From a virus (lineage: Duplodnaviria > Caudoviricetes), in the IMG/VR virus record IMGVR_UViG_3300050154_000078, positions 1 through 29,247 of that record: a DNA stretch of 29,247 nucleotides. One strand, written 5' to 3'. The notes under the pieces are model-generated. The model did no database searches. It worked only from the letters and a program-made list of their open reading frames with translations, and was not told the origin of the DNA. The translations under genes and the position numbers were made by a program. Every line of letters begins with the position of its first letter. The stretch's first letter is position 1. This document shows positions 24,113 through 29,247 of this stretch, piece after piece.

Positions 24113-25051
24113 TCAGCCAGCCTGCGTCTTCTGCCACGCGGCCTTTTCCTTGGCCATCGCCTTCTTCAGCGTGTCCGTCAGGATCGGATTGCCGTCGGTG
24201 TCGAGCAGCGCCTCGGTCAAACCGCAGTAGCAGTTGTACCGGTTGCCGCGCTGCGTGTAGAACTCGCGCACCTCACCCGTGCTGTAGACCTTCCCGTGCC
24301 GGCTGGCATGCCAGGGCCGCGTCGTCGGCTTCAGCGCACTCGTCCACAGGATGCCCAGCGCCAGCCCGAACTGCTCTTGTGCGGCGTCGGCCTCAGCGGC
24401 GCGTGCCTGGCGCAGCGTGTCGGTGATGTCCGTCTGCGCATAGGAAAGCGCCTTCGACTTGCTGGCATCCAGCGCCTCAGCGATCTCGGCCCTCACTGCG
24501 CGCGGCGCCTTCCCGTCGACGACGGCCCGGCCGATGATCTGCGACAGCGTGGCGCGGCTCTCTGCCGCCAGCCCGGTCCAGTGCTCGTAGCTCTTGACCT
24601 GTGCCACGCCCACGCGGTCGCGGTACGGCTGCGAGTAGATGATCTGCTCCAGGCTGCGCGCGGCGGCGTAGGCCGGCGCGATGGCTGCCAGGTTGGTGGA
24701 TGCCTGCGCCGCGCCCAGCTGCGATGCCTCGGCGTCGAAGGGCGACCACCAGAAGCTGTGCGCCGCCTCACGGCCGCTGGCGATCCACCGGTCCAGCGCC
24801 TCGCGCAGCGCTTGGCTGACGGCGGCCAGTTCATCCGGCGTCAGCGCGTAGACTGAACGGCCGACGGCGGCGTCGTTGATGCTGTAGACGCGAATCCGGT
24901 CGAAGACGGCCAGGACCTCGCGCTGCAGGCCGTCGAATCGCTTGCGGATCTGCGCCGAGGCGCGGCGCCTGATGCCGGCTGTGCCGGTGCGGTCGCCCGT
25001 GCTGCCGTTGGCGGCAGGAACGATGGGATCGCGCTGGCGCGGCGCCCGCAT
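24113..25051 (-). CDS. Head morphogenesis protein (SPP1 gp7/Mu gpF-like)
   Basis: AQTDI...WTSALKPTTRPWHASRHG...NRYNCYC motif; follows the portal. Confidence 0.88.
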   Translation of the reverse strand: MRAPRQRDPIVPAANGSTGDRTGTAGIRRRASAQIRKRFDGLQREVLAVFDRIRVYSINDAAVGRSVYALTPDELAAVSQALREALDRWIASGREAAHSFWWSPFDAEASQLGAAQASTNLAAIAPAYAAARSLEQIIYSQPYRDRVGVAQVKSYEHWTGLAAESRATLSQIIGRAVVDGKAPRAVRAEIAEALDASKSKALSYAQTDITDTLRQARAAEADAAQEQFGLALGILWTSALKPTTRPWHASRHGKVYSTGEVREFYTQRGNRYNCYCGLTEALLDTDGNPILTDTLKKAMAKEKAAWQKTQAG

Positions 25052-25054
25052 GCG

Positions 25055-26449
25055 TCAGGCTGCGGCGCGCAGGACCGGCGGTGGCGCTGGCGTCGGTGCC
25101 GGCGGCTGCGCGGGGTCGACCATCGGATCGGTGCCCTCGGGTAGCCCGTCGTCTGTGCGCTCTTCAAAGTCCATCACGCCGCGCAGCTCGTTGGCGTCGA
25201 ACAGCGGCTCGGTCAGGCCTGCGGCGCTGGCCTGCTGCATAGCGCTGGTCATCTTGCCCAGCAGCGTCGCCTTTGCGTCGTCGCCCGGGCTGTCCAGCGG
25301 CGCCCACTCGACCTCGAAGTCGGCCGCATCGATGGCGCCGGCAGCCTGCATGCGCGTGACCAATTCCTCCAGCATCGGCCCGAGTTCAGTCTCGCGCCGC
25401 GACTGGCAGCGCGCGTTCCAGTCGGCCTTGTCCTCGCTGCTGGCCAGGCGGCCGGTCTGCTGGCCGAACAGGATGGTGAACGGAATCTGCACCGACGCGG
25501 CGAACAGGTTCGCGGCCACCTGAAAAGACGGCCCCGGGTCGGCGACCGCCGTCTGCAGTGTGGTGGCGTCGCCGCCCTGCATGACGATGCTGGCGTCGAT
25601 GTTGCGGTTCAGCTTGCCGACCTTCTCCTCCACCGCTTCGGCCACGGTCTGCCCCGTGGAGGTGCCGTCCGCGTTGCTGGCGATGGCCTGGGGCTGGCTG
25701 TTCGCATCGAACTTCAGCACCACCGTCCGGGCGCTGTTCTTGAGGAAGCTCTCGGCGCTGCCGCCCGCGATCTTTTCCAGGTCGACCAAGTGATTGAAGC
25801 CGGCCAGCAGCAGCGGCTCGCCCTCGTAGAACTCACCGCCGGCCGCGCCCTCGGCCAGGATCTGCACGCGGCTCGCATGCACCTTGACCCACCGGTCAGG
25901 CGCGGCCTGGGTGTCGGTGGCATGCGGCGCGCGCATGCGGTATTCCCAGACCGTCACCTTGCCGAAGGTCGGCGATGCCTCGTCTTGGTTCCAGGCCTGC
26001 ACGCGCAGCTGGTTTTCCCACACCGGCACCAGGTCGACCAGCTTGCCGCGCTTCAGCGGCTGGTCCAGCGTCTGCCCGTCTGCGACGCGGTAGATCAGGC
26101 CGGCATAGCGGCCGACCATGTTCCGGCGGTCGAAGTCGCGCAGGCGGCGCCACAGCGGGCGCAGCAGCTTGTCGACGGCCTTCTCCCAGTCCGTCTCGGC
26201 GTCCTGCTCGCGCTGCTTGATACGCGGACATTCCAGCCAGCAGCGGTCCAGCAGGCGGTGCACAGCGCCATGGCCGGCGCCGCCGCGCTTGTAGGCGGTC
26301 AGCAGGTGGTCGAACGAGACGTGCTCGGTGTAGCCGTACTGGTCCCAAGCCCGGGGCCGCTTCGCGTCCAGGGCACCAGCCCACCCGGCGAGCTGTTCGC
26401 GCATCTGGCGCATGGCGTAGTCGGAGGCGTTCACGGTGATTTCAGGCAT
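25055..26449 (-). CDS. Portal protein (DUF1073-like), 464 aa
   Basis: LDAKR..AW.QYGY, VHASRV, AGFN.LVDLEK..GGSAESFLKN and IPFTILFGQQTGRLASSED motifs; start placed at ATG 26449, 8 nt after the motif. Confidence 0.88.
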   Translation of the reverse strand: MPEITVNASDYAMRQMREQLAGWAGALDAKRPRAWDQYGYTEHVSFDHLLTAYKRGGAGHGAVHRLLDRCWLECPRIKQREQDAETDWEKAVDKLLRPLWRRLRDFDRRNMVGRYAGLIYRVADGQTLDQPLKRGKLVDLVPVWENQLRVQAWNQDEASPTFGKVTVWEYRMRAPHATDTQAAPDRWVKVHASRVQILAEGAAGGEFYEGEPLLLAGFNHLVDLEKIAGGSAESFLKNSARTVVLKFDANSQPQAIASNADGTSTGQTVAEAVEEKVGKLNRNIDASIVMQGGDATTLQTAVADPGPSFQVAANLFAASVQIPFTILFGQQTGRLASSEDKADWNARCQSRRETELGPMLEELVTRMQAAGAIDAADFEVEWAPLDSPGDDAKATLLGKMTSAMQQASAAGLTEPLFDANELRGVMDFEERTDDGLPEGTDPMVDPAQPPAPTPAPPPVLRAAA

Positions 26450-26457
26450 GTCGCAGG

Positions 26458-26470
26458 ATGCTAGGGACGG
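26458..26470 (-). promoter_or_regulatory. Candidate late promoter motif, copy 5 (CCGTCCCTAGCAT), head of portal module
   Basis: 8 nt before ATG 26449; no Shine-Dalgarno; forms one arm of an inverted repeat at 26457-26483. Confidence 0.65.
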
Positions 26471-26609
26471 CCTCCCTACCATCTGCGCTGCGATCTCTCC
26501 AAGTTGCGGACCGACACCCGCGGGCGCTGTTCTGGCCCGCGGGACCGTCTTGGCAAGCCCCTAGATCGTGGCGGGCCTGGGCCTGCCGGCCGGCGATACA
26601 GTTGCCGGC

Positions 26610-27128
26610 ATGAAGACCGCCCTACCCCTTGCCCTGATGCTGGCCCTGGCTGGCTGCGCCACCACCATCGGCACCGCGCCTACCGACACCCGCAGCGGGT
26701 ATGACGGCGCCCGCGTCGTCACCATCGCACCGCACGGCGGAGCCTGCACCTCGATGCTGTGCCCGATGCTGGGCGCGCAGTGGACCAGCAAGGCGCCGGA
26801 TCTGGCGGTGGTCACGGTGCGCGTCTCGGGCGCCTACCTGCCGATCAACGGCGCTCGGCTGATGATCGACGGCAAGGAAACCGCGCTGCAGCCGCTGCCG
26901 GGCGTCACGAACTTCGCCGCGCCCATTGCCGGCGTGCGCGAGTCGTCGCGTGACTTCACGGCACCGCTGGCCACCGTGCGGGCGCTGGCCGGCGCGCAGA
27001 ATGCCTGGCTTCGCGTGGGCACCGCCGACGGCAGCACCGAGGTTGCCATCATCGATGGCGCCACCGACAGCAAGGCTCTGCACGCGATGCGGCGCTTCCT
27101 GGCCCAGGTCGACGGCGGCCAGCGTTGA
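26610..27128 (+). CDS. Lipoprotein moron (172 aa), antisense to the late operon
   Basis: MKTALPLALMLALAG-C lipobox; CTSMLC Cys pair; TACAGT (26597-26602) 7 nt before ATG with no Shine-Dalgarno. Confidence 0.85.
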   Translation: MKTALPLALMLALAGCATTIGTAPTDTRSGYDGARVVTIAPHGGACTSMLCPMLGAQWTSKAPDLAVVTVRVSGAYLPINGARLMIDGKETALQPLPGVTNFAAPIAGVRESSRDFTAPLATVRALAGAQNAWLRVGTADGSTEVAIIDGATDSKALHAMRRFLAQVDGGQR

Positions 27129-27301
27129 CCGTCAAGCCCGCGCCCACCGCCGAACAGCTGCGCCGGGCCCGGGCAAACTGGCGGCGAGTGCTGCGCGAGT
27201 GCCTGCTCTCGCTGGTGGCCAGGCGCACGCGCGAGGCTGAGGAACTGCGGCTGCAGCTGACCAGGATGAACCGCGAGCGGGACGCGGACAAGCCGGGGTG
27301 A
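27125..27301 (+). CDS. Small basic helical protein (58 aa), absent from the supplied ORF track
   Basis: TTG overlaps the lipoprotein stop (TTGA); reads LTVKPAPTAEQLRRARANWRRVLRECLLSLVARRTREAEELRLQLTRMNRERDADKPG; its stop abuts the TerL stop. Confidence 0.55.
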   Translation: MTVKPAPTAEQLRRARANWRRVLRECLLSLVARRTREAEELRLQLTRMNRERDADKPG

Positions 27302-28654
27302 TCAGGTGAAGATGCCGGCTTGTGGCGCAATGAAGTGCGAATAGGCCTCGCTGCATGCGTCCACGTCGTCGTCGTGCGCGGCCTCGGGGAACGCCTCCAG
27401 CGCGTCGAATAGGTCTTCGTTCCACGCTGCGCGCAGCACATCCACGTTGCCGGCCTCGCACTGAGAACTGAACGGCGAGAAGCGCACGATCTTGTCACCG
27501 GTCGGGCGCTGCGTCTTCACGGTGTAGGCCGCCAGCTTCGTGACCAAAGCCTGGGCCTGTGACTTGCCGGCCTGGCCCGGGTCCTGCGGCAGCCGAATGA
27601 CGACGCCGCGCCCATCGGCCGCCGCGGTGTTGATGATCGCCTGCTCGACCGCGTGCGGCCCGGCCTGCAGCGTTGACCGGTGCAGGATGATGAAGCGCCC
27701 GCTCGACTTGATGCGTCCCAGCTTCACGCTGGCCGTCGAGTCCGGGTCGTTGTCGGCCGTCTTCTCAGTGGCGGCTAGGTCCCACCCGCGCACGATGTCG
27801 ATATCGGCCGGTGCGGCATCGACGATCTTCACCCACCGTCGCTGGAAGTACAGGCCCGACGCCGGCCGCACCTTCCAGTTGCCGTCCAGCAACCGGGCGC
27901 GCTCCACCGCGTTCTGCGCCATCAGGTTGGCCTTGTAGCCCGGGTCCTTCGCCAGCAGGATGGCGTTGTCGGTCAGGCGGGCCAGGATGAACGTCACCGA
28001 CTTCGGCTCAACGTCTGCGCCATGCTGCTGGCGCAACTGCTCGGGGCTGTCGGCCCACACGATGGCGTCATTGATGCGGATGAACCAGCGCAGCACGCCC
28101 GAACGCTCAGGGATGGCCAGGCCGGTCTTCTCGTCAATCCACCAGGCGATGAACTTGCGCACCCAGCTGTCGGCGTCGGGGTTCGTCGTCGCCCGAATGT
28201 AGGGCCTCACGCCGCAGGTGGAGCGGTTGCGGCTGAGCATGTAGAAGAACTGCGACTGCGTGAAGTGCGTCAGCTCGTCGAAGCAGATCAGCGGGATCTG
28301 CGCGCCCTGCCAATCGTAGACGGTGGACTCGTGCTCGAGGTGTGAGAACTTGACCCGGCCGCCGAATGGCCAGCGCCACTCCAGCACGTGCGACACCGGC
28401 TTCGCGCCGGCCAGCGGGTACAGGCTGCGGCTCTCGTCCCACAGGCCGCCCGGGTTGCGGATCTGCGTGGTGTTGCGCCGGAAGAAGACGGCCGTGAATG
28501 CGTGGTTGCTGACCACATGCCGCATCGGCTCCAGCAGCAGGCCCCAGGACTTGCCGCCGCCGGCCGTGCCACCGTAGATGACGATGTCGGCTGGGCTGGA
28601 GAGAAACGCCTCCTGCGGCCCAGGCTGCGGCCTGATCGCCAGCGCTTCAGCCAC
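27302..28654 (-). CDS. terL: Terminase large subunit
   Basis: Walker A YGGTAGGGKS, Walker B LICFDE, coupling motif ATTNP, nuclease acidic motifs GWDLAA and HDDDVDA. Confidence 0.95.
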   Translation of the reverse strand: MAEALAIRPQPGPQEAFLSSPADIVIYGGTAGGGKSWGLLLEPMRHVVSNHAFTAVFFRRNTTQIRNPGGLWDESRSLYPLAGAKPVSHVLEWRWPFGGRVKFSHLEHESTVYDWQGAQIPLICFDELTHFTQSQFFYMLSRNRSTCGVRPYIRATTNPDADSWVRKFIAWWIDEKTGLAIPERSGVLRWFIRINDAIVWADSPEQLRQQHGADVEPKSVTFILARLTDNAILLAKDPGYKANLMAQNAVERARLLDGNWKVRPASGLYFQRRWVKIVDAAPADIDIVRGWDLAATEKTADNDPDSTASVKLGRIKSSGRFIILHRSTLQAGPHAVEQAIINTAAADGRGVVIRLPQDPGQAGKSQAQALVTKLAAYTVKTQRPTGDKIVRFSPFSSQCEAGNVDVLRAAWNEDLFDALEAFPEAAHDDDVDACSEAYSHFIAPQAGIFT

Positions 28655-29078
28655 CGCGGCCGTTGTCCGGGATGTAGAAGTGCACGGACGACTGCGTGCT
28701 GATCGGTGGCGTGCCGTCGCCGCCGCCTTCCAGCGCGGTGCGCGTCGGGGCGTCCAGGCCCAGCAGCTTTGCGCGGCGCTCGCCGATCTTCAGCACGCGG
28801 TCCACAGCCGCCGCCTCGCCCTTGCGTGCGCGCGGCCACAGCGCCTGCAGCATGCCGTCCAGGCGCGAGATTTCCTCAGACTTCAGTTCGTCGGCGCTGG
28901 CGCTGATCTGCGCGCGGGCGTCCTCCAGGCCGGCGACGACGTAGCGGTGCGCCTGGGTCTTGCCGACGCCGATCTGATCGCCGATGGCGGCGTAACCCAA
29001 GCCCATGCGGCGCAGTTCCAGCGCCTTGGCCTGGCGGTCGAGGGAGCGAGCCTTGGCCGCGCTGGTCTTGTTTCCCAT
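28647..29078 (-). CDS. terS: Probable terminase small subunit
   Basis: N-terminal HTH (ALELRRMGLGYAAIGDQIGVGKTQAHRYV) and RRAKLLGLD; overlaps the TerL start. Confidence 0.8.
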   Translation of the reverse strand: MGNKTSAAKARSLDRQAKALELRRMGLGYAAIGDQIGVGKTQAHRYVVAGLEDARAQISASADELKSEEISRLDGMLQALWPRARKGEAAAVDRVLKIGERRAKLLGLDAPTRTALEGGGDGTPPISTQSSVHFYIPDNGRGG

Positions 29079-29083
29079 GGCGG

Positions 29084-29247
29084 TCAGGCGGTTGCCGCAG
29101 CGCGCTCGGCTGCGATCTCTTCGAAGGTGCGGCCGTCGCCTTCCAGGGTGGCCTGCTGGCCGGTGAAGGCTTGCCAGCGCTTGACGGCAACGTCGACATA
29201 CGGTGGGTTCAGCTCCAGCGCGTGGCAGGCCCGGCCGGCGATCTCGC
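29084..29247 (-). CDS. 3' end of an N6/N4 DNA methyltransferase (partial, runs off window)
   Basis: Reads EIAGRACHALELNPPYVDVAVKRWQAFTGQQATLEGDGRTFEEI, the usual C-terminus of phage methyltransferases upstream of terminase. Confidence 0.85.
   Translation of the reverse strand, partial: EIAGRACHALELNPPYVDVAVKRWQAFTGQQATLEGDGRTFEEIAAERAAATA

Larger units (their letters stand above)
1..29247. mobile_element. Temperate siphovirus-like phage/prophage segment (excision genes, lysis, tail, head, packaging); both ends run off the window
   Basis: Contiguous, tightly coupled minus-strand terminase-portal-capsid-tail-lysis genes in canonical order; long tape measure; no sheath or baseplate-wedge genes; xis at the left; no host housekeeping genes. 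Confidence 0.95.

Noticed and set aside
25055-26449. Possible anti-CBASS Acb1 label, which some annotations attach to DUF1073 proteins
   Set aside because: Size, motifs and position between TerL and the gp7-like gene identify a portal; it does not look like a small 2H phosphodiesterase.
1327-28944. Numerous long plus-strand and alternate-frame ORFs in the track (e.g. 21283..22314, 12550..13332, 2552..3385)
   Set aside because: Shadows of high-GC minus-strand genes with Arg/Ala/Pro-biased low-complexity translations and no motifs.
5240-29247. Gene transfer agent
   Set aside because: Only the tail tip is RcGTA-like; the head module, the ~1105-aa tape measure, xis, methyltransferase and morons fit a true phage.
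1-29247. CRISPR arrays, tRNA/rRNA genes, insertion sequences
   Set aside because: No regularly spaced repeats, cloverleaf-like sequences, transposase ORFs or terminal inverted repeats seen; intergenic gaps are mostly too short.

Overview
The whole window is part of a temperate, long-tailed (siphovirus-type) phage or prophage from a high-GC host. A betaproteobacterial host is plausible but is inference. The minus strand carries an almost complete late region, read right to left: 3' end of a DNA methyltransferase, TerS, TerL, portal, SPP1-gp7-like head protein, protease/scaffold, decoration protein, major capsid, adaptor, a two-gene insert (fibre/spike-like protein plus clan GH-A glycoside hydrolase), neck and tail genes, tape measure, an RcGTA-like tail-tip block (DUF2460, DUF2163, NlpC/P60, large tip protein), an expanded lysis block with two unrelated endolysins and several holin-like genes, a YegP-like gene and an intact FliA/sigma28-like sigma factor. 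The left end (+ strand) has a lambda-type excisionase followed by an apparent out-of-frame fusion of a tyrosine-integrase 5' end to a large-serine-recombinase 3' end. Most notable: (1) five copies of T(T/C)CCTAGCAT at the heads of late modules, four of them 6-8 nt before an ATG with no Shine-Dalgarno (candidate single-box late promoter making leaderless mRNAs); (2) the phage-borne sigma28; (3) the head-module fibre plus glycoside hydrolase pair; (4) the recombinase scar; (5) the doubled lysis cassette. All family assignments come from motif recognition and gene order by eye; no database search was run.
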